64,000 bases of DNA from Acidobacteriota bacterium (GTDB taxonomy: Bacteria > Acidobacteriota > Vicinamibacteria > Vicinamibacterales > UBA8438), in assembly GCA_009861545.1 (NCBI GenBank), contig VXME01000022.1:18225-82224 (forward strand), given 5' to 3'. Of the stretch, positions 54,340 through 63,437 are shown piece after piece. The notes beneath the pieces are model-generated. The model did no database searches. It saw nothing but the letters and a program-made list of their open reading frames with translations, and was not told the origin of the DNA. The position numbers and the translations under genes are program-made. Within the stretch, counting starts at the first letter, position 1. The number at the start of each line of letters is the position of its first letter.

Positions 54340-57189
54340 ATGCTGCATTCATGGACGGCCCGGATTGCGTTGTGCATCGTGATCGGAGGGCTCGCTTCCG
54401 CAGCAGTGCGGGCGCAGGTCGAGCCGCCAGTCGCGGTGGCCGTGCTTCCCTTCGTGAACATCAGCGGTGTCCCGGACGACGACTGGATCGGCGCCGGGAT
54501 GGCGGAAACCGTGACGGCCGAGTTGCACGGCCGCGCGACGCTGACGCCGATCGGGCGCGAAACGGTCCATGAGGCGGCCCTGGCGGTGGCCGTAGCCGGC
54601 GGGACGCCGGATTCCAACGCGGACTTCGTCGAGGTGGGCCGCGCCGTCGGGGCGCGCCTCGTGGCGGGCGGGGGCTACCAGCGCGTCGGCGAACGGATGC
54701 GCATCACGGCGAGGCTGGTCGACGTGCGGAACGGCGCGGCCGTCGGCGCGACGGTGGTGGACGGGCCCGTCGCCGAGCTGTTCGCGCTTCAAGATCGCGT
54801 AGCGGCCGAATTGCTCGCCTTTGCGGACGCGAACAACGGACAGGGTTTTGCTGCGGAACCGGTAGCGCCACGGCCTGCAGAAGCGGCTGCATCTCCATCC
54901 GCCGGCGTGGCCGGCTTCGAGACCGCGCGTGTAGCCCCCGGGTTCATCGACGGACCGCCGCCGCCGCTCCCGCCGGACGTCATCCGCCGCGACGAGGCGC
55001 GGCGGGCGACGATCCGCGCCGTCGAGGTGGACGACCCGGTCCGTCTCGACGGCCAGCTCGACGAGCGCGTCTACTACACCGTGCCGGCCATCACCGGCTT
55101 CATCCAGCAGGCCCCCGACGAGGGCGCGCCCGCCACCGAGAAGACCGAAGCGTGGATCCTGTTCGACGCGGACAACATCTACGTCGGCGCCCGCATCTGG
55201 GACTCGGCGCCGCCGACCCAGTGGGTGGCCAACGAGATGCGCCGCGACACGCGGCAGCTCCGCCAGAACGACACCTTCGCGATCATCCTCGACACCTTCT
55301 ACGACCGCCGCAACGCGGTGGCGTTCTACACGAATCCCCTCGGCGCGATCGCCGACTTCCAGATCACCAACGAGGGCAATCCGAACAGCGACTGGAACCC
55401 GGTCTGGGACGTCCGCACCGGCCGCTTCGAGGGCGGCTGGACGGTGGAGATGGAGATCCCGTTCAAGTCGTTGCGCTACCGCCCGGGACCCTCCCAGGTC
55501 TGGGGCGTGCAGCTCCGGCGCAACGTGCGGCGCAAGAACGAGTGGAACTACATCACGCCGTTGCCGATCTCGGCCGGGTCGGGACCGGGCGGGATCTTCC
55601 GCGTCTCCGATGCGGCCACGCTGGTCGGACTCGACGCGCCGAGCGGCAGCAAGAACCTCGAGGTCAAGCCGTACGGGATCGGCGGCGTCAGCACCAACCT
55701 CGCCGCGTCGCCGCCGATACGCAACGCCGGTGACGGGAACGGCGGCCTCGACGTCAAGTATGGCGTCACCCAGAACCTGACCGCCGACTTCACCCTCAAC
55801 ACCGACTTCGCGCAGGTCGAGGTGGACGAACAGCAGGTCAACCTGACCCGCTTCAACCTGTTCTTCCCCGAGAAGCGGGAGTTCTTCCTGGAGGGCCGCG
55901 GCATCTTCGACTTTGCGCGCGGCGGTTTCTTCGGCGGGTTCGGCGGTGCGCTGCGCCGCACCGGCGGCGGCTTCTTCGGCGGCGGCAACGCCCCGACCAT
56001 CTTCTACAGCCGCCGGATCGGCCTGCAGAACGGAACCGTGGTGCCCATCGTGGGCGGTGGACGGCTCACCGGCAAGATCGGCGCGTTCGACGTCGGCGCC
56101 CTGAACATCCAGACCGACGACGAGGTCCTGGCGGGCGCGGAGATGACGAACTTCACCGTGGTACGCCTCAAGCGCGACATCCTGCGCCGCAGCAGCCTCG
56201 GCGCGATCTTCACGAACCGGTCGCTGTCGCTCGTGGGCGACGGTTCCAGCCAGTCCTACGGCGCCGACGCGACGTTCTCCTTCTACGAGAACGTCAGCCT
56301 GCTGGGGTACATGGCCCGCACCCAGGTTCCGGATCCCACGCGGCGGGGGGACGACCTGAGCTACCAGGGGCGCTTCGACTACGGTGGCGACCGCTACGGC
56401 TTTCAGGCCGAGCACCTGCTGGTCGAGAAGAACTTCATCCCGGAGGTCGGCTTCCTCCGGCGCGACAACTTCCGCCGCAGCTACGCGAGGGCGCGGTTCA
56501 GCCCCCGTCCGCAGTCGCTGGCCAACATCCGCCAGTTCCGGCTCGAAGGAAGCTACGACTACATCGAGACGGCCGATCTGGGAATCGTGGAGACCCGGCA
56601 GTCCCAACTGGGATTCTCGACCGAGCTCGAGAACAGCGACCGGTTCGGCGTGTCGGTGGCGGAGAACTACGAGTTTCTCCACCGCGAGTTCACCCCGGGG
56701 CCGGACGACGTGATCTTTCCGGTCGGCGGCTACAGCTTCTTCGACGTCGAGGCCACCTGGTCGCCCGGCACCCAGCGCCGCCTCAACGGGACCTTGGCCG
56801 TGCTGGCCGGCGACTACTTCGACGGCAGCATCCGCACGGTCGCCTTCCGTCGCGGACGCATGGAGGTGACCCAGCGGCTCTCGCTGGAGCCGAGCGTCTC
56901 GGTCAACTGGATCGACTCTCCGTACGGATCGTTCCGCACGGACCTCATCGTTTCGCGCGTGAACTGGACCTTCACGCCGCGGATGTTCTTCAGCGGGTTG
57001 ATTCAGTACAACTCGAGCAGCAACACGGTCAGCAACAACCTGCGGCTGCGCTGGGAGTACGCGCCCGGCAGCGAGCTGTTCGTGGTCTACACGGAGGACC
57101 GCGAGACCGATCCCCTGCGCCCGGACCGGTTCTCGGAGCTGCGCAATCGCGGCTTCGTGGTCAAGATGAACCGCCTGTTCCGCTTCTGA
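54340..57189 (+). CDS. DUF5916 / CBM9-like outer-membrane protein with N-terminal TolB-N-like domain
   Basis: Signal peptide, VAVLPFVNISG...DDWIGAGMAETVTAEL, then the CBM9/DUF5916 pattern (AWILFDADNIYVGARIWD, WNPVWDVRTGRFEGGWTVEMEIPFKSLRY) and a C-terminal beta-barrel ending in F. Confidence 0.75.
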   Translation: MLHSWTARIALCIVIGGLASAAVRAQVEPPVAVAVLPFVNISGVPDDDWIGAGMAETVTAELHGRATLTPIGRETVHEAALAVAVAGGTPDSNADFVEVGRAVGARLVAGGGYQRVGERMRITARLVDVRNGAAVGATVVDGPVAELFALQDRVAAELLAFADANNGQGFAAEPVAPRPAEAAASPSAGVAGFETARVAPGFIDGPPPPLPPDVIRRDEARRATIRAVEVDDPVRLDGQLDERVYYTVPAITGFIQQAPDEGAPATEKTEAWILFDADNIYVGARIWDSAPPTQWVANEMRRDTRQLRQNDTFAIILDTFYDRRNAVAFYTNPLGAIADFQITNEGNPNSDWNPVWDVRTGRFEGGWTVEMEIPFKSLRYRPGPSQVWGVQLRRNVRRKNEWNYITPLPISAGSGPGGIFRVSDAATLVGLDAPSGSKNLEVKPYGIGGVSTNLAASPPIRNAGDGNGGLDVKYGVTQNLTADFTLNTDFAQVEVDEQQVNLTRFNLFFPEKREFFLEGRGIFDFARGGFFGGFGGALRRTGGGFFGGGNAPTIFYSRRIGLQNGTVVPIVGGGRLTGKIGAFDVGALNIQTDDEVLAGAEMTNFTVVRLKRDILRRSSLGAIFTNRSLSLVGDGSSQSYGADATFSFYENVSLLGYMARTQVPDPTRRGDDLSYQGRFDYGGDRYGFQAEHLLVEKNFIPEVGFLRRDNFRRSYARARFSPRPQSLANIRQFRLEGSYDYIETADLGIVETRQSQLGFSTELENSDRFGVSVAENYEFLHREFTPGPDDVIFPVGGYSFFDVEATWSPGTQRRLNGTLAVLAGDYFDGSIRTVAFRRGRMEVTQRLSLEPSVSVNWIDSPYGSFRTDLIVSRVNWTFTPRMFFSGLIQYNSSSNTVSNNLRLRWEYAPGSELFVVYTEDRETDPLRPDRFSELRNRGFVVKMNRLFRF

Positions 57190-57331
57190 TCCCGCTCGCC
57201 CGGGCGCGGCCAGGCAGCGTCCGGGTGAATGTCGGCGCCGCACACCGCCCGCGGCTCGCCCGCCGGCAGGCGGGAATATCACCCTTGCTTTCCCGGTCTG
57301 TACTCGGGAACGGCAGCGTCGGGGGAGAGCC

Positions 57332-57514
57332 ATGACGATTCGGCATTTCACGACCTTGACGGAGAGGATCCCGGATACCATGTTGCGGCGCGCCATCGCG
57401 GCTGCGCTCGCCAACGGTGTGCCGCGGACCGCGGCGGAGTTCTCGCGCTTTCACGAGGACGTCGTCGACGAGCTCCGCCTCGCAGCCTACCGTCCGCGCG
57501 AGCGGGCTGTCTGA
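57332..57514 (+). CDS. Hypothetical small protein (60 aa)
   Basis: The ATG follows GGGGGAGAG. It sits in an otherwise empty 390-nt gap. No family recognised. Confidence 0.25.
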   Translation: MTIRHFTTLTERIPDTMLRRAIAAALANGVPRTAAEFSRFHEDVVDELRLAAYRPRERAV

Positions 57515-57577
57515 CGCATCGAGAGTGGGGCGGAAGAATTCTGGCGGCCCGCGAGTGCACTCAGCAGGGAGTCCGAG

Positions 57578-58303
57578 ATGTACCGGATCAGCATGCAGCT
57601 CTTCGCAATCGGCGTGATCGCGGCGGTCGCGTTCGGCGTCGCATCGGGGGCGGCAGCCGCGGCGCCGGCCGCGGCGGGTGCCGTCCAGAACCATGAGCGG
57701 GCGCTTGCCGGCTCCTGGGTGATCAACGAGGACCTGAGCGACGAGCTGCGGCCGCAGCCGGGCGGGCGCGACGGCGATGGCGGGGGACGTGGCCCCGGCG
57801 GCTTCGGTGGTCCGGGTTGGGGACCGGGCGGCGGCTTCGGTGGGCGCGGCGGCTTCGGTGGGCGCGGCGGCTTCGGCGGGCGCGGCGGCGGCTTCGGTGG
57901 CGGCGGCGACCCGCAACAGATGGCCCGGATGCGGGCGCACATGCAGGAGGCGATGCGGGATCTGATGACCGCGCCGCGCCGCATGACCATTACGGCGGAC
58001 GATCGGGAGATCGTCCTGGCCTATGGCGACCGCCGCGTGGTCCGGCTGATTCCCGACGACCGCGAGCATTCCGGGCTCGCCGGCACCAGCGCGCGGGTGA
58101 CGCGCAAGACGCGCTGGCGCGGCGCGGTGCTGGAAGCCGACATCGAGCTGCAGTCGCGGGTGGAGCTCCGCGTGCGCCAGGCCTACGAGGTACGGCTCAC
58201 GGAGAGCGGCTACCGGCAGTTGATCGTGACCACGCGCGTCGACGCCGGCCGGCGGGGCCGCGACCGCGAGCTGCGGCGGGTCTACGACATCGAGCTACGG
58301 TAG
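57578..58303 (+). CDS. Secreted hypothetical protein with Gly-rich GGFGGRGG repeat tract
   Basis: The ATG follows AGGGAG. It has a signal peptide, a tract GGRGPGGFGGPGWGPGGGFGGRGGFGGRGGFGGRGGGFGGGG, and a structured C-terminal domain. Confidence 0.7.
   Translation: MYRISMQLFAIGVIAAVAFGVASGAAAAAPAAAGAVQNHERALAGSWVINEDLSDELRPQPGGRDGDGGGRGPGGFGGPGWGPGGGFGGRGGFGGRGGFGGRGGGFGGGGDPQQMARMRAHMQEAMRDLMTAPRRMTITADDREIVLAYGDRRVVRLIPDDREHSGLAGTSARVTRKTRWRGAVLEADIELQSRVELRVRQAYEVRLTESGYRQLIVTTRVDAGRRGRDRELRRVYDIELR
57830..57905 (+). repeat. In-frame 18-bp tandem repeat (GGCGGCTTCGGTGGGCGC x3 plus a partial copy)
   Basis: Units lie at 57830-57847, 57848-57865 and 57866-57883 (one mismatch), followed by a variant unit with a 3-nt insertion. 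They encode GGFGGR repeats. Confidence 0.85.
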
Positions 58304-58445
58304 CGACGGCACCGGGGCCCGCGCGACGCGTCACGGTCCGGCGGCAGGCAGCGGGAACAGACCCGCCGCCCCAGCGGTCACTGGTAACGCAATGCCGGAC
58401 CGCGTAAACCATCGCGCCGGTCGCGGCGTCTTCGACTCCAGGAAT

Positions 58446-60158
58446 ATGCCCAGACACCTTGCCGCCTTCCTGCTCGTGGCCGTGGGCGCTGCCAGCGTGC
58501 TCGTCTATCAGCGCGTCATGCCCGCCGGAGAGGCAGGCCCGGGACGGCCCGGCGGCGGCGCGCCCGGCGGGTTTCGTCCCGGGGGCGGCCGCGGCGCCTT
58601 CGGTGCCCGGCCCATGCGCGTGAATTCGGCCGGCGTCGTGCGGTCGGACATCGCCGAGCAGCTTCAGATCGTCGGCAACCTGACGGGTGCGGCCACCGTG
58701 GAGGTGGCCCCCAAGATAAACGGCCGCCTGCGGCAGGTCGAGCTGCGTCTCGGCGATCCGGTGACGCGCGGGCAGGAGGTGGCGCGGGTCGAGGACGACG
58801 AGCTCCGCCAGCAGGTGAGCCAGGCCGAAGCGTCGTTCGAGGTCGCCCGCGCGACCGTGCGGCAGCGCGAAGCCGACCTCCTGCTCGCCGAGACCACCCG
58901 GGATCGGTCGCAGAGCCTGTTCTCCCGCGCGCTGGTTTCGCGGCAGGAGCTCGATGACGCCGAGGCGCGGTATCAGGCCGCGAACGCCCAGCTCGATCTG
59001 GCGCGCGCGCAGTTCGACGAGGCGGGCGCCCGGCTGGAGGAGCTCCGCATCAATCTGGACAACACCGTCATGGTCTCGCCGGTCGACGGGTTCATCGGCC
59101 GGCGCTATCTCGATCCGGGCGCGTACGTGACGTCGAACACCGCGGTGGTGTCCGTGGTCGACATCAGCCTGGTACGCCTGGTGGCCAACCTGGTCGAGCG
59201 CGATCTGCGGTTGGTGGAGGAGGGCGTACGAGCCCGCATCGAGGTCGATGCGTTTCCGTCGGAGTCGTTCGATGGCCGCGTCGCACGAATAGCTCCCGTC
59301 CTGGATCCGGCGACTCGCACCGCGGAGATCGAGATCGAGGTCCCCAACCCGGATTTCCGATTGAAGCCGGGGATGTATGCCCGCGTAAGCCTGGTGGTCG
59401 GCAACAAGAGCCAGGCGCTGGTCGTTCCGCGCGAGGCGGTGGTGGTCCGCACCTCGGCGCGCGGCGTGTTCCGGGTCGACTCCGGGGGCGGGGCGCCGAC
59501 GGCGCAGTTCGTCTCGCTCGTCACCGGACTGGAGGACGAGCTGCACGTCGAGGTGGTGGAGGGCCTGTCGGAAGGGGACCGGGTGGTGACCACCGGCGCG
59601 GCCGGCCTGCAGCACGGCGATCCGATTCTGCTGGCTGACGCGGGCGGACCGGGCGGCAGTCCTGGACGAGGCGGACTACCCGGGCCAGGTGGACCGCGTG
59701 GACGAGGCGGATCGCCCGGCGTGAACTCGGACAGCGGCGTGGGACCGGGCTCTGCTGCCGCCCGCCGAGCCCCGCCGGGCGCGGTTGCGGAACCGGGCGC
59801 CACTCACGGGAACACGGCCGGGCGCCGTGCCGTTGCTGCCGGTCGTCCCGCGTCGCGAGGCTCGGCGAACGAAGCGTCGGGCACCGGAAATGCGGTGCGG
59901 GGCAGCGCCGTTCCCGGCGCCGGCAATGCGATGGCCGCGCCGGTTGCCGGGCGCGACGCGATCGGCAGCGCCGGGTCGCCGGCGTCCGGCGCCGCCGCCG
60001 GCCGTGTACCGGCTCCCCGCAACACCGTGCTCGAAGCGCTGGGCATCACGCCGTCCGGCACCGCCCGTGAACCGGAGCCGTCGCCCGGCGCCGCCGCGGG
60101 GCAGAGGCGGGGCGACACCGCGGGTCGGCCGGGTTCCTCCTCGGCCCCGCAGCGCTGA
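58446..60158 (+). CDS. RND efflux periplasmic adaptor (MFP/HlyD family) with a long low-complexity C-terminal tail
   Basis: It has lipoyl/coiled-coil/beta-barrel MFP motifs (VAPKINGRL, NTVMVSPVDGFIG, RLKPGMYARV). The last ~170 aa are G/P/A/R/S-rich with no motif. Confidence 0.85.
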   Translation: MPRHLAAFLLVAVGAASVLVYQRVMPAGEAGPGRPGGGAPGGFRPGGGRGAFGARPMRVNSAGVVRSDIAEQLQIVGNLTGAATVEVAPKINGRLRQVELRLGDPVTRGQEVARVEDDELRQQVSQAEASFEVARATVRQREADLLLAETTRDRSQSLFSRALVSRQELDDAEARYQAANAQLDLARAQFDEAGARLEELRINLDNTVMVSPVDGFIGRRYLDPGAYVTSNTAVVSVVDISLVRLVANLVERDLRLVEEGVRARIEVDAFPSESFDGRVARIAPVLDPATRTAEIEIEVPNPDFRLKPGMYARVSLVVGNKSQALVVPREAVVVRTSARGVFRVDSGGGAPTAQFVSLVTGLEDELHVEVVEGLSEGDRVVTTGAAGLQHGDPILLADAGGPGGSPGRGGLPGPGGPRGRGGSPGVNSDSGVGPGSAAARRAPPGAVAEPGATHGNTAGRRAVAAGRPASRGSANEASGTGNAVRGSAVPGAGNAMAAPVAGRDAIGSAGSPASGAAAGRVPAPRNTVLEALGITPSGTAREPEPSPGAAAGQRRGDTAGRPGSSSAPQR

Positions 60159-60224
60159 TCGACACCGCGCAACCACCCGTAACGCGGAATCGGCAGGCAA
60201 CGCCCAGTAGAACCGGAGCCCGTC

Positions 60225-63200
60225 ATGAGCCTTCCCAGAATCGCCGTCCGCCGCCCGGTCACGATGTCGATGATGAGCATCTCCATCGTGCTGATCGGCA
60301 TCGTGGCGCTGTCGCGCCTGCCGGTCGACCTGATGCCCGACGTGACGTTTCCGAGCCTGACCGTCACGGTCAGCTATCCGGACGTCGGGCCGCTGGAGAT
60401 GGAGGAGCTCGTCACCCGGCCGCTCGAGCAGACCGTGGCCGCCATCGCGGGACTCGAGGAGGTGGTATCCACCTCCCAGGAGGGGCAGAGCCAGCTTCGG
60501 CTGAACTTCGACTGGGGGACCGACCTGAACGAGGCGGCGGACGATCTCCGGTCGCGGATCGATCGCATGCGGGGGAGGCTGCCGGAGGATGCCGAGCCGC
60601 CCGTCATCTTCAAGTTCGACGCGGCCAACGCGCCGATCATGTTCCTGGGCCTGGAGGGCGATCTGACGCCGGTGGCCCTGCGCGAGCTGGCCGAGAACGA
60701 CCTGTCGCCGCGCCTGGAGCGGGTGCCCGGGGTGGCCACGGTGACCGTCCGCGGCGGCCTGCGCCGCCAGATCCGGGTCGAGCTGGCGAAAGACAGGATC
60801 ACCGCCCTCGATCTTGCCGTGAACGAGGTCATCGACCTGCTCCGGATCGAGAACCAGAACGTGCCGATCGGCGAGCTCGACGACGGCGACATGACCTACC
60901 TGCTGCGCAGCCCCGGGCAGTTCGCGAACCTGGAGGACATCCGCAACGTGGTGGTGATGACGCGCGGCGGCGTGCCGGTGTACATGCGCGACATCGCGGA
61001 GGTGAGCGACGGGACGGAAGACCAGGAGGAGCTGATCCGCATCAATGGACGCACCGCCGTCCAGATGATGATCAGCAAGCAGTCGGGGCGCAACACCGTG
61101 GAGGTCGCGCGGGCCGTGCGCTCCGAGATCGACCGCGTCAACACCGAGATGCCGGCGGTCCGGCTCTCCACCCGGATGGATTCGGCGATCTTCGTCGAGC
61201 GCTCGATCAACGCCGTCCGCAACGTCGTGCTGTGGGGCGCGATGCTCGTCGTGGTGGTGCTGTTCGCTTTCCTGCGCAACGTCCGGACGACGCTCATCAT
61301 CTGCACCGCCATCCCGATCTCGATCATCGGCACGTTCGCGCTGGTCTACTTCGCCGGCTTCACGCTCAACACGCTGACGTTCGGCGGGCTCGCGTTGGGC
61401 GTCGGCATGATCGTCGACGCCTCCATCGTCGTGCTCGAGAACACGTTCCGGCACATGGAAGGAGGCAAGGACCGGATCACCGCGAGCGTGGACGGGACCG
61501 AGGAGGTCAGCGGGGCCATCGTCGCGTCCACCCTGACGCAGGTGGCGGTGTTCCTGCCGCTGCTGTTCTTGACCGGGGTGTCGAGCATCGTCTTCGGCCA
61601 GTTGGCGGTCGTGGTGATGATCGCGCTGGCGATGTCGCTGTTCGTGGCGGTGACGCTGGTGCCGGTGATGACGTCGCGGCTGCTGCGGCTGCCGCCGCCG
61701 GCGGACCAGCGGACGGGGGCCTACGGCCGGTTTCTGACGCTGAGCGAGCGTGGCCTCGAGCGCCTCGACGAGATCTACCAGCAGGGCATACATCACGCGC
61801 TGGCGCACCGGCCCACCGTGCTCGTGGTCGCGGGCGTTCTCGTCTGGGTGACGGTGATGCTGGCGCCGACCATCCCGATCGAGCTGACTCCCGAGGTGGA
61901 CGAGGGCGAGGTGCGCATCTCCGCCGAGCTGCCGATCGGAACCCGCTTCGAGCGCACCCGCGACGTGATGCTGGAGCTGGAGAACCGCATTCGGGCGGAA
62001 GTGCCCGAGGCGGTCAACATCACCAATCAGGTGGGCGGCGGGCGCGGTCCGTTCGGCGGCGGGTCCAGCCACCGCGGCTCGATGACGGTGACCCTGCTGG
62101 ACAAGACCGAGCGGGAGCGATCGAGCAACGAGATCGCCATGGCGTTGCGGCGCTCGTTGAACACCATTCCCGGCGCCATCATCCGGGCGCGGGCCTCCGG
62201 GGGCAACCGGATGATGACGCGGCTGATGCGCAGCGGCTCCGGCGACGACGCGCGGCTGGCGCTGGAGATCCGCGGCCACGACCTCGACGACGCGCGCCGG
62301 GTCTCGGAGCGGGCCATGGCCGTCATGAACACCACCGAGGGGGTCGCGGACGCGGAGATGGCGTCCGAGCAGGGCAGGCCGGAGCTGGCCATTCAGGTCG
62401 ATCGCGCCAAGGCCGCGCTGCTCGGCCTGCGCGTGTCGCAGGTCGCGGACGCGCTGCGCACCGGGGTGGCCGGCACCGAGGCCGCCTTCTACCGCGAGCG
62501 GGGCGACGAGTATCCCATCGTCGTGCGCCTGCGCGAGGAGGACCGGCTGCGGACGATGGACATCAACGACGTCCCGCTGAGTACGCCCGGGGGCATGGTC
62601 ATCCCGGCGCGCACCGTGATCGCGGTGCGCGCCGAGTCCGGTCCGGAGCAGATCGAGCGCAAGAACCAGGAGCGGATCGTCCGCGTCAACGCGGAGATCG
62701 AGACGACGCTGAGCGAGGCGGTCTCGGCCGTCAACGCGCGGATCCCGGAGATGGCGGCGCCGACCGACTTCTCCGTGGGCTTCGGCGCCGAGGTCGAGGA
62801 GCAGGCGCGGTCGTTCGGCCAGATGCAACTCGTCCTGATCCTGGCCATGTTCCTCGTCTACGCGGTGATGGCGGCGCAGTTCGAGTCGCTGCGCGACCCG
62901 TTCATCATCCTGCTCTCGATCCCGCTGGCCGGCATCGGCATCGTCGCGTCCCTGCTCCTGACCGGAACGCCGTTCAGCCTGCAGGCGTTCATGGGGGTCA
63001 TCGTGCTGGGCGGGCTCGTCGTCAACAACGCCATCCTGCTCGTCGACTACACGAACATCCTGCGGCGCCGCGACGGCATGCCGCTGCGCGCTGCGGTGGA
63101 GCGCGCGGGACGCACCCGGCTGCGTCCGATCCTGATGACCACGTCGACCACGCTGCTCGGCATGGTGCCGATGGCGCTCGGCATCGGCGAGGGCTCCGAG

Positions 63201-63353
63201 CTGCAGGCGCCGCTCGCCCGCGTCATCATCGGCGGGCTGCTGTCGTCGACGCTGGTGACCCTGGTCGTGGTGCCGGTCGTCTACACCCTTTTCGAGGAGG
63301 GGCTGGCGGGTCTGCTGGGCCGGCCGAAGGAGGGCGTGGCGCCGGCCTCGTAG
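60225..63353 (+). CDS. RND efflux transporter permease (AcrB/CzcA superfamily)
   Basis: 1042 aa with 12-TM RND topology. The N-terminus IAVRRPVTMSMMSISIVLIGIVALSRLPVDLMPDV is typical. Confidence 0.92.
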   Translation: MSLPRIAVRRPVTMSMMSISIVLIGIVALSRLPVDLMPDVTFPSLTVTVSYPDVGPLEMEELVTRPLEQTVAAIAGLEEVVSTSQEGQSQLRLNFDWGTDLNEAADDLRSRIDRMRGRLPEDAEPPVIFKFDAANAPIMFLGLEGDLTPVALRELAENDLSPRLERVPGVATVTVRGGLRRQIRVELAKDRITALDLAVNEVIDLLRIENQNVPIGELDDGDMTYLLRSPGQFANLEDIRNVVVMTRGGVPVYMRDIAEVSDGTEDQEELIRINGRTAVQMMISKQSGRNTVEVARAVRSEIDRVNTEMPAVRLSTRMDSAIFVERSINAVRNVVLWGAMLVVVVLFAFLRNVRTTLIICTAIPISIIGTFALVYFAGFTLNTLTFGGLALGVGMIVDASIVVLENTFRHMEGGKDRITASVDGTEEVSGAIVASTLTQVAVFLPLLFLTGVSSIVFGQLAVVVMIALAMSLFVAVTLVPVMTSRLLRLPPPADQRTGAYGRFLTLSERGLERLDEIYQQGIHHALAHRPTVLVVAGVLVWVTVMLAPTIPIELTPEVDEGEVRISAELPIGTRFERTRDVMLELENRIRAEVPEAVNITNQVGGGRGPFGGGSSHRGSMTVTLLDKTERERSSNEIAMALRRSLNTIPGAIIRARASGGNRMMTRLMRSGSGDDARLALEIRGHDLDDARRVSERAMAVMNTTEGVADAEMASEQGRPELAIQVDRAKAALLGLRVSQVADALRTGVAGTEAAFYRERGDEYPIVVRLREEDRLRTMDINDVPLSTPGGMVIPARTVIAVRAESGPEQIERKNQERIVRVNAEIETTLSEAVSAVNARIPEMAAPTDFSVGFGAEVEEQARSFGQMQLVLILAMFLVYAVMAAQFESLRDPFIILLSIPLAGIGIVASLLLTGTPFSLQAFMGVIVLGGLVVNNAILLVDYTNILRRRDGMPLRAAVERAGRTRLRPILMTTSTTLLGMVPMALGIGEGSELQAPLARVIIGGLLSSTLVTLVVVPVVYTLFEEGLAGLLGRPKEGVAPAS

Positions 63354-63437
63354 GGAGAACCTGCCGGGGCCGGAGGGCTCTTTGAAGTCTTCTACCGGCC
63401 CTTCCCCGGGACATGGGTCGACGTGAGCACGACTCCG

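Noticed and set aside
57797-57908. Short tandem repeats considered as a CRISPR array or non-coding VNTR
   Set aside because: The units are 18 bp, contiguous with no spacers, in frame, and encode a Gly-rich tract inside a signal-peptide protein. This is not a CRISPR array.
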